Part shown: piece after piece, positions 17,147 to 28,400 of the stretch
How positions within the stretch are numbered: the stretch's first letter is position 1
Layout: the number at the start of each line of letters is the position of its first letter
Made by a program: the position numbers and the translations under genes
Notes under the pieces: generated by a model
What the model saw: the letters and a program-made list of their open reading frames with translations, nothing else
What the model was told of the DNA's origin: nothing
Database searches by the model: none
DNA from: Opitutia bacterium
Lineage (GTDB): Bacteria > Verrucomicrobiota > Verrucomicrobiia > Opitutales > T3Sed10-336
Direction: 5' to 3'
Assembly (NCBI GenBank): GCA_050506795.1
Contig: JBJHCF010000001.1
Location: forward strand, 96,001-160,000
DNA: 64,000 nt

Positions 17147-19384
17147 ATGAAATTGGGGTTTTACTGCATCTTAATGGGCATTGGCGGCCTGGTGGCCTGC
17201 CAGGCGGAATGGGCGCCGGCCGAAGGCCGGATAATGACGCCCTGGGCGGAAGAAGTGTCGCCCGACAACGCGCTGCCAGAATACCCGCGTCCGATGATGG
17301 TGCGTTCGGATTGGCTGAATCTGAACGGCCTGTGGGATTACGCGGTTGTCGCCCGCACGGCGGATCGACCGGCTGATTTTGATGGCAGGATTCTGGTTCC
17401 CTTTCCGATCGAGTCCGCGCTTTCCGGAGTCGGGGAACGGATCGATGCCGACGAACGCCTTTGGTATCATCGCACCTTCGAAGTTCCTTCGGAATGGAAC
17501 GGCCAACGTATTCTACTGCACTTTGGCGGGGTTGACTGGGAAACCGATGTCTGGGTGAACGGCCAGCATGTCGGCAATCACCGTGGCGGCCACACGCCCT
17601 TCAGCTTCGATGTCACCACCGCGGTGCGTGATGCCGGCGAGCAGGAGATCGTGGTGGCGGTTTGGGATCCCACCGACGCGGGGGATCAGCCGCTGGGGAA
17701 GCAGGTGCACAGTCCTTCGGGGATCTGGTACACCCCGGTGTCCGGAATCTGGCAGACGGTATGGCTTGAGCCGGTTCCCATGACGGGAATCAAGGACCTC
17801 AAGATAACCCCGGACCTGGACGCGGGCCGGGTAAACGTCGAAGTGGCAACTTTCCGTGAGCTCGCTGACCGGACGGTGAGGGTTACGGCATCCGGCGACG
17901 GATTTTCTTCCACCGTGGAGGCGAATGGGTCGTCTATGCAGGTGGACATTCCCGATGCGCGGTGGTGGTCTCCAGACGATCCGTTCCTCTACGATCTCAA
18001 AGTGGAACTGGTCCATGACGGCGGTGTGATCGACGAAGTGGAAAGTTACTTCGGCATGCGCAAGATCGAGATCGCCAAGGATGAACACGGTATCAACCGC
18101 CTGTTCCTCAACAACGAACCGCTCTTTCAGTACGGCTTGCTCGATCAGGGGTGGTGGCCCGACGGGCTTTACACCGCGCCGACCGACGAGGCTTTGCGTT
18201 ACGATGTTGAGATCACCCGGGATCTTGGTTTCAACATGTTGCGCAAGCACGTGAAGATCGAACCGCAGCGGTTGTATTACTGGACCGATAAACTCGGAGT
18301 GATCGTCTGGCAGGACATGCCGAGCGGTGATGGGCACATCGGCGGCAGCGATCCCGACTTGAATCGGAACGTTCATTCCGCGACCCAATTTGAGTTTGAG
18401 TACCGCCGGATGATCGAAAGCCTGTACAATCACCCGAGCATTGTCATGTGGGTGCCCTTCAACGAAGGTTGGGGCCAGTTTGACACCGAAAGGATTGTGG
18501 AGTGGACCTACGAACTCGATTCCACCCGTCTGGTGAACAACGCCAGTGGCTGGACCGACAGGGGAGTCGGTGACGTGCATGACATCCATGCCTATCCGGG
18601 ACCATCCATCCCGCCTCTGGAAGAAGAGCGGGCCGTGGTGCTGGGAGAATTCGGCGGACTGGGTCTGCCGGTAAGCGGGCACACCTGGCAGGACGAAGGC
18701 ATGTGGGGCTATCGGAGTTATGAATCCGCGGAGGAGCTTACGGAAGCCTATTCCGATCTCCTGGATCAGCTTTGGATACTCATCGGCGAGGGTCTGGCCG
18801 CGGCGGTGTACACCCAGACCACCGATGTGGAGGTGGAAGTGAACGGGTTGCTGACTTATGACCGGAGGGTAATCAAAATGGATCCGGACCGCACCCGCGC
18901 CATGCATGAGCGCTTGTACGAACCGCCTCCCCGCCGGTACACCATTGTACCCGATGCCCGCGAAGCCGATGTGACCTGGAGTTACACCTTTCAGCGGCCC
19001 GCTTCGGGTTGGTACGAGGAGGATTTCGACGATTCCGGCTGGCAATCCGGTATCGGCGGATTCGGTACGGAAATGACTCCGAACGCGATCATTGGAACCG
19101 TGTGGAGCGGAGACGCCATCTGGTTGCGCCGGACGTTCACGCTGGATTCGACCGATTTTGAAAATCTCATGCTCTCCATCTACTACGATGAGGACGCGGT
19201 GATTTACATCAACGGAGTGAGGGCGGCGAGCTTCCGCGGTTACGTCACCAACTACCGGGTGGCGGACATCAGTGACGAAGCCAAGGCGGCCTTGCGGACC
19301 GGCGAAAACGTCATCGCGATTCGTTGCATCAATGTGACCGGCGGCCAGTTTATCGATGCCGGGCTGGTTGAGATTCGGCATTAA
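17147..19384 (+). CDS. Secreted glycoside hydrolase family 2
   Basis: Signal peptide, LPEYPRP..WLNLNGLW, LDQGWWPDG, RKHVKIEP, WVPFNEGWG and GEFGG. Confidence 0.9.
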   Translation: MKLGFYCILMGIGGLVACQAEWAPAEGRIMTPWAEEVSPDNALPEYPRPMMVRSDWLNLNGLWDYAVVARTADRPADFDGRILVPFPIESALSGVGERIDADERLWYHRTFEVPSEWNGQRILLHFGGVDWETDVWVNGQHVGNHRGGHTPFSFDVTTAVRDAGEQEIVVAVWDPTDAGDQPLGKQVHSPSGIWYTPVSGIWQTVWLEPVPMTGIKDLKITPDLDAGRVNVEVATFRELADRTVRVTASGDGFSSTVEANGSSMQVDIPDARWWSPDDPFLYDLKVELVHDGGVIDEVESYFGMRKIEIAKDEHGINRLFLNNEPLFQYGLLDQGWWPDGLYTAPTDEALRYDVEITRDLGFNMLRKHVKIEPQRLYYWTDKLGVIVWQDMPSGDGHIGGSDPDLNRNVHSATQFEFEYRRMIESLYNHPSIVMWVPFNEGWGQFDTERIVEWTYELDSTRLVNNASGWTDRGVGDVHDIHAYPGPSIPPLEEERAVVLGEFGGLGLPVSGHTWQDEGMWGYRSYESAEELTEAYSDLLDQLWILIGEGLAAAVYTQTTDVEVEVNGLLTYDRRVIKMDPDRTRAMHERLYEPPPRRYTIVPDAREADVTWSYTFQRPASGWYEEDFDDSGWQSGIGGFGTEMTPNAIIGTVWSGDAIWLRRTFTLDSTDFENLMLSIYYDEDAVIYINGVRAASFRGYVTNYRVADISDEAKAALRTGENVIAIRCINVTGGQFIDAGLVEIRH

Positions 19385-19399
19385 TCCGAAAATTATGCG

Positions 19400-19440
19400 G
19401 CGGCCCGGGATGCGTATAATCGCACCGGGCCGCTTTTTTT
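19400..19440 (+). terminator. Rho-independent terminator
   Basis: Stem GCGGCCCGG...CCGGGCCGC followed by T7, between convergent genes. Confidence 0.8.
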
Positions 19441-21502
19441 ATGGGCCGCTTTCCGCGCTCAAATTGACCGGTCCCACCCCGGTATCCGTCATGACAACCG
19501 GTTTGATCATGCCGTTTTCATCGTATTCCAGGCGGTCGATGGCGGTTACCCGACTACCCTCGAACGGCCCTTGTCCGGCGCGATTGTTCCAGCGGTGGTA
19601 AATGATGTACCACTCATCCTGAGCGGGATTGTACAGGATGGAGTGGTGTCCGGGCCCTTTGTGGGTGTCGTCGCTGGAGAGGATCACCCCTTGATAGGTC
19701 CATGGCCCGGTGGGGTTCCGGGCGGTGGAATGGTGGACCCGGTAGCTGGCGTCGCGCCAGTAGCCCTGACTGTAGGTGAAGTGGTAGATTCCCTCGCGAT
19801 AGTGCATGAACGATCCCTCGGTGAAATGGAGCGGTGTATCCACTTCGATCTCGCGGGCGAAACTGATCATGTCCGGATTAAGCTCAAACACCCGTAGAGT
19901 GGCGCCCGCGCTTCCGCCGGCGTACAGATAGGACGTGCCGGAATGGGGGTCGGTGAAAACCATGGCGTCGATGGCCTCGAACCCGGGTTCCCCGTCGTCG
20001 AAAAGCAGAGGTTCGCCGCTGTCGACAAACGGACCGGCAGGAGACTCGGCGACCGCGACTCCGATGTAGGAGGGTTTGGGTCCGGCCGAAAAGTAGAGGT
20101 AGTATCGCCCGTCCTTCTCGGCCAGACCGGGAGCCCAGGCGTGTTTACCCGTGGGAATCCATGGGATGTCGCCGTATTCCAGGACCGGGCCGTGAATGCG
20201 CCAACTGACGAGGTCCCGGGAGGAAAAGGCGAAAAAACGGCGTTCCCCGGACCGGTAGGTGGGGTAGATCCAGAGGGTGTCGTCAACCAGCAGGGCACCG
20301 GGATCCGCCCCCGGAAACGCGGGATTGCGCGGTGAATCCGACAGCACTCGGGCTCGCAGGAACCCGGGCATAGCGGCCGGTTCGGCTTCCAGGTCGCTGA
20401 TCAGACGAAGGAGGCTCGGAGAATTGTTCTCCGGATCCAATTCCCATTCAAACGGAATCCAGTCCCAATGTTTCAGGTCTCTGGAGCCTTGAAGGAAAAC
20501 CGTTTGAGGATCCCAGGCGTTGTTGGCCGGCAGAGTCAACTCCAGGGCCAGCCGGGCATCGCCGGTGCTTTCATCCGGACGATTGACCCAGGTAGCGGCG
20601 GGCTGAATCTCCCGGGCCTGAGCCGCATGTCGCCGGTTGGCCAGAAACCGGTCCGGCGTCAGCGCCTCATCCGTGATGCGCACCTCGTCGATCAAACCAA
20701 CGAACCATTCCGCGGGTTGTTCGTTGGCCGGCCGGCGACCGATCGTCCAGGAGCCTGCGCCGGGGAACGCGGCCCCCTCCAACGGCACCGTTCCCTGGGA
20801 AAGCCATTCCGATTCTCCGGCCCTTTTCAGCCAGAACTCCAGGCTATCGCCGGTGGCCACTGCGGCTACGTGGTACCAGTTGTCCGGGGTGATCGGCTGG
20901 AGGCTGGTCAGGGTCCGGCGGGTGCCGCTTTCATTGGTGGCGCCAAGCTCCAGATGGCCGTCCTGCCCTTTGATCCTCAGCATGAAGGGCTGCGAAGTGT
21001 TGTTGTCGGTTGCGGCTTTTGCCAGGATGGTTTGTCCCCGATCGGAAAAGTGAGCCTTAAAGGAGGCTTCCACGGTCCATTGGGCGAACTCATGTGAATT
21101 AACGGGCCGGTCGGCGGCGATAAGGTAGCGGCCCGGGGTGAAGTGCAATGCCAGGCGGTTGGCTTCGCCGGTTTCAGGGTTCCAGGGAAAGGGGGTGTCG
21201 CCGAGATAGGTCGGTCCGGGCGGGTTTCCCGGAATTCGCAGGTGATTTCCGTTTCCGGACACGTCCTGAACGGGGTCGACTCGTGACGGTGGAGGCACAT
21301 CCGCCCCCACAAGACCTTCTTCAAAGGTCCAGTGAGCCACGGTTTCGGCCGCGGCCGTGCTCAGGAAGGAAATCTCCGGCTTGGGACTGGTGAAAAGCAA
21401 AAATGCCCCGGTTGATACTAGGCAAAGATAAACGAAACGGCTTGGCCGAGGGAGAGTCACAGTGGTAGAAAAATAACTGTTGAAGGGTGTTTTGGTCAAC
21501 AC
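19439..21502 (-). CDS. LamG-like domain plus glycoside hydrolase family 43
   Basis: N-terminal LamG (WYHVAAV, GLIDEVRI). C-terminal GH43 with ADP, WAPG, AIDA, TEG and PGHHS. Start uncertain. Confidence 0.85.
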   Translation of the reverse strand: MLTKTPFNSYFSTTVTLPRPSRFVYLCLVSTGAFLLFTSPKPEISFLSTAAAETVAHWTFEEGLVGADVPPPSRVDPVQDVSGNGNHLRIPGNPPGPTYLGDTPFPWNPETGEANRLALHFTPGRYLIAADRPVNSHEFAQWTVEASFKAHFSDRGQTILAKAATDNNTSQPFMLRIKGQDGHLELGATNESGTRRTLTSLQPITPDNWYHVAAVATGDSLEFWLKRAGESEWLSQGTVPLEGAAFPGAGSWTIGRRPANEQPAEWFVGLIDEVRITDEALTPDRFLANRRHAAQAREIQPAATWVNRPDESTGDARLALELTLPANNAWDPQTVFLQGSRDLKHWDWIPFEWELDPENNSPSLLRLISDLEAEPAAMPGFLRARVLSDSPRNPAFPGADPGALLVDDTLWIYPTYRSGERRFFAFSSRDLVSWRIHGPVLEYGDIPWIPTGKHAWAPGLAEKDGRYYLYFSAGPKPSYIGVAVAESPAGPFVDSGEPLLFDDGEPGFEAIDAMVFTDPHSGTSYLYAGGSAGATLRVFELNPDMISFAREIEVDTPLHFTEGSFMHYREGIYHFTYSQGYWRDASYRVHHSTARNPTGPWTYQGVILSSDDTHKGPGHHSILYNPAQDEWYIIYHRWNNRAGQGPFEGSRVTAIDRLEYDENGMIKPVVMTDTGVGPVNLSAESGP

Positions 21503-21673
21503 GCTGCGCGAAACTGTTGGCGGCGGTATTGTTCCTCATCCGCATTCTACAGGTCATTCTTCGGAATTGACCTCCGCTGCCGGTACGGTCAAGGTCCCCT
21601 TACTGTTTCCAAGGCTTCAGTCGGTTCCGAGTCAGGGTCCGGCCTTTACCGTAACTTCTAAACTCAGGAACTT

Positions 21674-23056
21674 ATGAAAAACTCCTCCAATATGAATCGC
21701 CGGTCCTTTTTACAGCGTAGCGCCCTGGCGGGTGCGGCGATCGCGGTTTCCCCAATGATCCTTCCCAAACGGGTGCTGGGGATCAACGGTGAGCCGGGCG
21801 CCAACGAACGTGTCTCGATCGGTGTTATCGGGGTGGGAAACCAGGGGCGTTACCTGGCGCGCACTTTAGCCGGGGATTCCCTGTCCGACCGATGTCGGAT
21901 AACCGCGATATCCGATGTGTATCTGCCGCGCGGGCGGGAGGTCGCCGAGTCGTTGGGGGTCGCTCAGGACTCGGTTTATCAGGACTACCGGCGGATGCTG
22001 GATCGGAGTGATATCGATGCGGTGGTGGTGGCCACACCGCTCCACTGGCATGCGTTGAACTGTATCCATGCCGCCCAGGCCGGCAAAGACATCTTTTGTG
22101 AGAAACCCCTGACATTTTCCATCGTGGAGGGCCGCCGGGTGGTGGAAGCGGTGCGCAAGTATGAACGCGTGCTGCAGACCGGGATTCAGGGGCGAATGCA
22201 TCGCAATGCGCATCGCGCCTGTGAATACGTTCGCAACGGGGTGCTGGGGAAAATCAACCGGCTTATCGCTCACAATTACCACAGCCCCATGGAGCCGGAT
22301 TTTCCCGAGCAGGAGATTCCCGAGGGACTTGACTGGGACATGTGGTGCGGCCCGGCGGAAAAACCCCCGTTCAATTTTGTCGTCTGGGATAATCGCAGCG
22401 TTCCCAGTTGGGTTTCGCTGCGGCCTTTCTCCGGCAGTTCCATGACCGATTGGGGCAGTCACGGCCTGGACATCGCGCAGTGGGCGCTGGGAATGGACGA
22501 TACCGGTCCCGAGGAAATCTGGGTCGAGGGCGAACCCTTCCAACCCATGTACAGCACGCCGGACAATCCCGGTGCACGCCAGGAAGGGCCGAGATCGCCG
22601 GATATTTTCATGAAATATCCCGGCGATCTGGTGATGGAGTTTTCTCGCGAGGGCCGCTGGAACGAGGTAAACTTCCTCGGGGAAAACGGCACGATCAATA
22701 TCACCCGCGACGGCTTCAGCTCTGATCCGGCCGAGCTTATGGGGCAACGTCTGGAAAACATGGAGCATACCCTGTATCGGGGGTTGGAATACACCCTGCA
22801 ATACGGCATCCTTCATGATTGGCTAAACTGTATTCGCGAACGTCGGGATCCGGCCGCCAACGTGGAGGTCGGGCATCGCACCACCAGCCTTTGTCACCTG
22901 GGCAATATCGCGCGTTGGGTCAGCGGAGTGACCGGTGAGACGGGACAGCGGTTGAGGTGGGACTCGGTGAACGAGCGTTTCACCAACAGCGAGGAGGCCA
23001 ACGCCTTCCTGAATCCGTATCGCCGGGAAGCCTACCCCCTGCCCGAGACGGTGTGA
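21674..23056 (+). CDS. Tat-exported Gfo/Idh/MocA family oxidoreductase
   Basis: NRRSFL Tat motif, GVIGVG, ATPLHWH, CEKP and DWGSHGLD. Confidence 0.9.
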   Translation: MKNSSNMNRRSFLQRSALAGAAIAVSPMILPKRVLGINGEPGANERVSIGVIGVGNQGRYLARTLAGDSLSDRCRITAISDVYLPRGREVAESLGVAQDSVYQDYRRMLDRSDIDAVVVATPLHWHALNCIHAAQAGKDIFCEKPLTFSIVEGRRVVEAVRKYERVLQTGIQGRMHRNAHRACEYVRNGVLGKINRLIAHNYHSPMEPDFPEQEIPEGLDWDMWCGPAEKPPFNFVVWDNRSVPSWVSLRPFSGSSMTDWGSHGLDIAQWALGMDDTGPEEIWVEGEPFQPMYSTPDNPGARQEGPRSPDIFMKYPGDLVMEFSREGRWNEVNFLGENGTINITRDGFSSDPAELMGQRLENMEHTLYRGLEYTLQYGILHDWLNCIRERRDPAANVEVGHRTTSLCHLGNIARWVSGVTGETGQRLRWDSVNERFTNSEEANAFLNPYRREAYPLPETV

Positions 23057-23104
23057 GGGGGGGCGGTTGCGCGCATTTGAATCGTCCGGGACGGAGACAA
23101 CGCC

Positions 23105-24082
23105 ATGTTCATGATGTATAAAAAGGTTTCAATCGTTTCGGCCGTGAGAGCGGTGGTCGGGCTCCCGTTTTTTCTCGCGCCGCTGTTCGCCTCGGGCGAT
23201 GAGCTCCGAGTGGAGCTGAATCACGACGACTCGGCGGGCACGGTCACGGTCAATGTCCGGGGGGAGCATTTCACCACCCTGCATTACGGCGACGAGGCGC
23301 GCACTCCCTTCCTTTGGCCGGTGAAGGCGGAAGGCGGGGTGGGGGTGACCCGCAATTACCCCATGGGATCGGACGAACCCGCGAGCGGGGATCATCCGCA
23401 CCACCGCTCCCTGTTTTTGACGTTCGGAGATGTCAACGGTTACGACCATTGGCACCACCAAACGATTGCCACCCGCGAGGTGACCACGGGGCATGAGAAC
23501 GATTACGCGTGGATTCGGTTGCGCAATGAATGGTTGGACGGGGACGGCGAACCGCTGCTGAGTGAATCGCAGGAACTCCGCTTCTACGACCGGCCGGCGG
23601 CATCCCGGATTATCGATGTCATTTCCACCTTGCGGGCGGAATTCGGCGATGTGGTGTTCGGCGACGACAAGGAGGGCCTGATCGCCTTTCGTATTCGGCC
23701 CGAGATTCAGGGCAATCGCGCCGGCGTACTCACCAACGCCGCGGGCGAGCGGGGTGAGCGCAATGTGTATGGTAAACCCTCCCCGTGGATGGACTACTCC
23801 GGCGAGATCGAGGGATACGGGACGCGCGGCATCGCGTTGTTCGATCATCCCGACAATTTTCGGCATCCCACCTTTTGGCACGTCCGGGATTACGGTTTGG
23901 CGGCGGCCAATCCTTTCGGCGCGGGTTCTGTGGGGGGCGAAGACCGCGACGGCAGCCACCGGTTGGAGCACGGAGAATCCATGACTTTTGTTTACCGGAT
24001 TTTGGTGCATTCCGGAAATGTCGAAGAAGCGCGTGTCGGCCGCCACTATCAGCGTTTTGCCGAAACCGCCTATCCGAGATAG
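23105..24082 (+). CDS. Secreted DUF6807 ('PmoA family') protein
   Basis: Signal peptide, DHPHHRSL, DDKEG, DHPDN and WHVRDYGLAAANPFG. Confidence 0.75.
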   Translation: MFMMYKKVSIVSAVRAVVGLPFFLAPLFASGDELRVELNHDDSAGTVTVNVRGEHFTTLHYGDEARTPFLWPVKAEGGVGVTRNYPMGSDEPASGDHPHHRSLFLTFGDVNGYDHWHHQTIATREVTTGHENDYAWIRLRNEWLDGDGEPLLSESQELRFYDRPAASRIIDVISTLRAEFGDVVFGDDKEGLIAFRIRPEIQGNRAGVLTNAAGERGERNVYGKPSPWMDYSGEIEGYGTRGIALFDHPDNFRHPTFWHVRDYGLAAANPFGAGSVGGEDRDGSHRLEHGESMTFVYRILVHSGNVEEARVGRHYQRFAETAYPR

Positions 24083-24111
24083 ACTGAATTATATTAAGAT
24101 CGCACAGTGTC

Positions 24112-25386
24112 ATGAAAAGTTCATTACGAATCCAGCTCTCGATTATGATGTTTCTCCAGTTCTTTGTCTGGGGAGCCTGGTTTGTGACGATGGCGACTTA
24201 TCTGAGCGAGCTCGGTTTCACCGGGGCGGAGATTGGGCGGGCCTACAGCACCACGGCGATCGCCGCCATGATATCACCGTTCTTTGTGGGAATGATCGCC
24301 GACCGGTTTTTTGCGACCGAGCGGGTTCTCGGAGTATTTCATCTGCTCGGAGGCATCAGTCTCTTCTGGGCCTCCACCATCACATCCCCGGGACCCTTTT
24401 TCTGGGTGTTGATTCTACACACCATATTCTACATGCCCACCCTCGCGCTGGTAAATGCGTTGTGCTTTCACCAGATGAAGGACCCGGGTAAAGAGTTTCC
24501 GCCCATCCGGGTGCTTGGGACCATCGGATGGATCGCCGCCGGATGGATGATTGTGATGCTCAGTACACTCAGTGGAGCGAGCATCGAAGCCACCAGCACA
24601 CCGCTCAAGCTCGCGGCCGGATTCGCGGTGGTGCTGGGGATTTACTGCTTTTTTCTCCCGCACACCCCGCCGCGGGCCGCCGGGAAAAAGGTGACCGTGC
24701 GCGACGTGTTGGGCCTCGATGCACTCGGTTTGCTCCGGGAGCGATCGTTCGCCGTTTTTGTGGTGAGTTCGCTGCTCATCTGTATCCCGCTCGCATTCTA
24801 TTACAATTGGACGAATCCCTTTCTGAACGACGTCGGAATGGAAAATCCCGCGGGAAAGATGACCCTGGGGCAGATTTCGGAGATCGTCTTTCTGCTCGTG
24901 ATGCCATTTCTGTTCGTTCGTCTCGGCATCAAGCGAATGCTGATGATCGGCATGCTGGCCTGGGTACTGCGGTACGTTCTTTTTGCCTACGGCAATAATG
25001 AGGCTCTGGTTTTTATGCTCTATGCCGGCATTATTCTGCATGGGATCTGTTACGATTTCTTTTTTGTCGCGGGCCAGATCTACGTCGACAAAAAGGCGCC
25101 GGTGGAGATCCGGGGTGCGGCCCAGGGGTTTATTGCCTTTATCACGCTCGGATTGGGCATGTTTATCGGGTTTAACGTTTCCGGCTGGATCGTGGATACC
25201 AATACCATCGACGGCGTTTACGACTGGCGGGCGATTTGGATTCTGCCCGCCTTGATGGCGTTGGTCGTGCTGATCGGGTTTGCCCTCCTGTTCAGGGAAC
25301 GAAGCGTCTCCCCCGAATCCGGATTGACGGAAGAGGGGTTGCCCGCGCCGGCCAATCCCGCGCCGGTGGACCAGTCGGAGCGGTAG
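24112..25386 (+). CDS. MFS transporter, nucleoside:H+ symporter (NupG-like) family
   Basis: MMFLQFFVWGAW, GMIADRFF, IRVLGTIGWI and LHGICYDFFFV. Confidence 0.9.
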   Translation: MKSSLRIQLSIMMFLQFFVWGAWFVTMATYLSELGFTGAEIGRAYSTTAIAAMISPFFVGMIADRFFATERVLGVFHLLGGISLFWASTITSPGPFFWVLILHTIFYMPTLALVNALCFHQMKDPGKEFPPIRVLGTIGWIAAGWMIVMLSTLSGASIEATSTPLKLAAGFAVVLGIYCFFLPHTPPRAAGKKVTVRDVLGLDALGLLRERSFAVFVVSSLLICIPLAFYYNWTNPFLNDVGMENPAGKMTLGQISEIVFLLVMPFLFVRLGIKRMLMIGMLAWVLRYVLFAYGNNEALVFMLYAGIILHGICYDFFFVAGQIYVDKKAPVEIRGAAQGFIAFITLGLGMFIGFNVSGWIVDTNTIDGVYDWRAIWILPALMALVVLIGFALLFRERSVSPESGLTEEGLPAPANPAPVDQSER

Positions 25387-25426
25387 CCAAGGCCACCTAT
25401 CCGCATCAAACGGCTATAGCGATTGC

Positions 25427-28400
25427 TCAGGGCAGTGTTACGTGGACCTTGGCGAATAGGTGGTTGGTGGAAAATTGACTTAAGGGGACGATTATCATGG
25501 CCCGCTGCCATTCGGAGTCGATCTGGTGTACGGTCGGTTGAGTGGTGATCGCTTCCCATGTATTGAGATCGGTGGAAACGAGGGTGGTGTAAATTAATCC
25601 GCTTTCCCGGCGACGAATAAATTCGATACGCAGCGCCGGTCCGGTTCGTCCCACCCAGCCGACACTGGCAACCGGAAGCCCCTTTGTTTCGATGCCACCC
25701 GGTGTCAGGGTGCTGCGGTCGGGGGCGGCGAGATCCATGTTGAATGCGTACTTCAGGAGGTTTTCCACTCCGTCTTGAAACGGGATGGCTTCGGGAATGG
25801 CGTCGGCGCCGGTGAGTCCGCTTCCTTCCATGGCGGAGGCAAACCGGCCAGGCTCATCGGTGAAGGCTCCGGTGATGCTTAAGTCTGTATCCAGGGTAAT
25901 CGTTTGCAACCGCGAAAATCCGTCGAGGGCGCCGGACCAACCGCCAAACACGGAATCTTTGGCGGGAACCGCTTCCACGTCGATAGAGTCGCCCTTCGGA
26001 AATTGGGTCCGGTAAGGGTATTCAGGGGGGGCGAGCGTGTTGACCATTATGATTCCCTCGCCGTTGCCGGTGCGATTCACTTCGATCATGCGGTATCCCG
26101 GAAGACGGAAGAACTGGATTGCAGTAGGAACCAGGCGGTTCTCCGTATCCCCGTGGCCGAGCCTTCCAGAAATCCCCGAGCCGAAGGTGAATACGGTGGC
26201 ATCTTCGGAAAGGAGAATCGTATGCGACGCCCCGGCGGCGGCGCCCGAAAGAGTATGTCCTGAAAGGTTTTGATGTTCCACAAGCACGGGTACCAGCGAA
26301 TTTTCGGTTTCCCCGGATCCCAGTCGGCCGTCGGCGCCGGCTCCAAAAGTAAACGATTCTCCTTCCGAGGTCAGGAGAATGGTATGGTTGTCTCCCAGGG
26401 CCGCTTTAATGACAGTATGCTCCGACAGGCTTTCGTCTTCAATGCGTGTCGGTACCATCCGTGCCGCCATGTCACCATGCCCCAGTTGTCCCTCAAGGCC
26501 CCGCCCGAAAGTGAATACCGTTCCGTCCGAGGTCAAAATCAAGGAATGGGCTCCGCCCGCCGAAATGCCGGTTATGGTCTTTCCCGACAGGATTTCGTGG
26601 TCGATTTTCGTGGGGATACGATTGTTTTGGATTTCTGCTTGTCCAAGCCTGCCCGACGCCGCGTGTCCGAAGCTGAAGGTGGTGCCATCGATCGCCCGCA
26701 AGAGAGTGTGTGCGGCGCCGGCGGCAATTTCGACGATGGCATGGCCGGCAAGGGAATCGGCTTCGATTGGGGTGGGGACCGTGCGATTTCCGGAGTCGCC
26801 GTGACCGAGTTGCCCGTGGAATCCACTGCCGAACGTGAAGACTGTTCCGTCGGACGACAATAAGACCGTGTATGACGAGCCGGCCGCAATGGCTTTTATG
26901 CTATTTCCGTCCAGGTTCTCGTGCGTGATTTCCGTTGGAACGTCTCGCGAAAGCAAGTCACCATGCCCAAGCGCGCCCAGGTTTCCCCAACCGAAGGTGA
27001 AAACCCGTCCGTCGGCGGAGAGTAAAACGGTGTGGTACTGTCCCGCCGCGACCTGGACTATCGCATGACCGGCGATACCTTCGTATTCGATCGGAATGGG
27101 AACGTGGCGTGGGTCGCTGTCTCCGTGGCCCAATGACCCGGCGGCCCCGGAGCCAAAGGTGAACACCGTTCCCTCGGAAGAGAGAACCACGGTATGCCAT
27201 TGGCCGGCGGCTACCATGGGTTCGACAACCCCGGGGATCACCGAAATGGTAAGAGGACGCTCGAGAGACAAATCGTTCTGATTGGTCGCGCGGAGCCGGA
27301 TAGCATACACTCCGACAGGAAGCGAAGAGGCGGTACGGAGTGTATCATCCACCACCAGAAATTTTCCATTGTCCTGATCTCCCTCTCCGGGAACCAAACT
27401 GAACGAGAATGTATCGTTGATCAAGCCGGTGGCGAGGAGTCTGCTCACCGGAGCATCGACTCCGGTGCGTTTGTTTCCGATCGTCCGGTTCCAGACAAAA
27501 ATGAATTCCGGGGACACCGCGAGGCTGAAGGTGGCGACGATCGTTTGGTTGGAAGCGATGGTCACCGTTCTTTCCGGGGCGGTACCGCTGATGCTCCCGG
27601 ACCATCCTTCGAAAACAAATCCGTAATCCGGCACAGCTTCGATGAGAAGGGTTGTTCCCTTCGCCACAGTAAGGGAATGCGGATAATCGACGATCGGTTC
27701 GCCGTTCACTCGAATCGATCCTTGTCCTTCGCCTGAGATGTCGATGGTTGCCGTCCGGTCGGGGGTTTCCGGCAACAGCCAGACCGTGGGGATTTCCTCA
27801 GGAACCAGCCGATCGTTGGTGTCGCCGTGCCCAAGTTCGTTGGAACGGCCGCGTCCGAAACTGAACACCGCGCCGTCGGAGACCATTATCAGGCTGTGTC
27901 TTCCTCTGCCGGATACGGCTATCGGCGTGTGCCCGGAAAGGTTTGCGTTTTCGATCGGAGTCGGTACCGCTCGGTTCTCGGTATCGCCGTGCCCGAGGCG
28001 CCCGTCGCCCCCCGGTCCAAAGGTGAACACGGTGCTGTCGGAGGAGAGGAGCATTGTCGCAGCTCCGGCGGAGATATCGGTGATCGTATGTCCGGCCAGG
28101 TTATCGTGCTGGAGTGCCGTCGGAACCAGTCTGCCATCCAGATCTCCGAGCCCCAGGGTTCCCGAATGGCCTGCTCCGAAGACAAAGATGGTTCCGTCCT
28201 CGGCCAGCAAGACGGTATGCGCAATACCGGCCGCGATTTTCCGAACCGGGTGTCCGGCTAGAGAGGCGTGTTCGATCTTCGTCGGCACAAAACGATTCTC
28301 GATATCCCCGTGCCCCAATCTTCCGGACCAGCCGTGGCCGAAGGTGAAAACCTCGCCGTCGGAGGACAATAGCACCACATGTTCGGAACCCGCGGCGATA

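Noticed and set aside
17513..19381. Long antisense ORFs (also 39053-40801, 48336-50246, 32089-33588, 44201-45499, 53476-54759)
   Set aside because: They shadow well-supported genes on the opposite strand, as expected from GC-rich codon bias, and carry no recognisable motifs.
23105..24082. 'PmoA' as particulate methane monooxygenase
   Set aside because: It is a soluble exported protein with no multi-TM topology and no pmoB or pmoC nearby; the family name is misleading.
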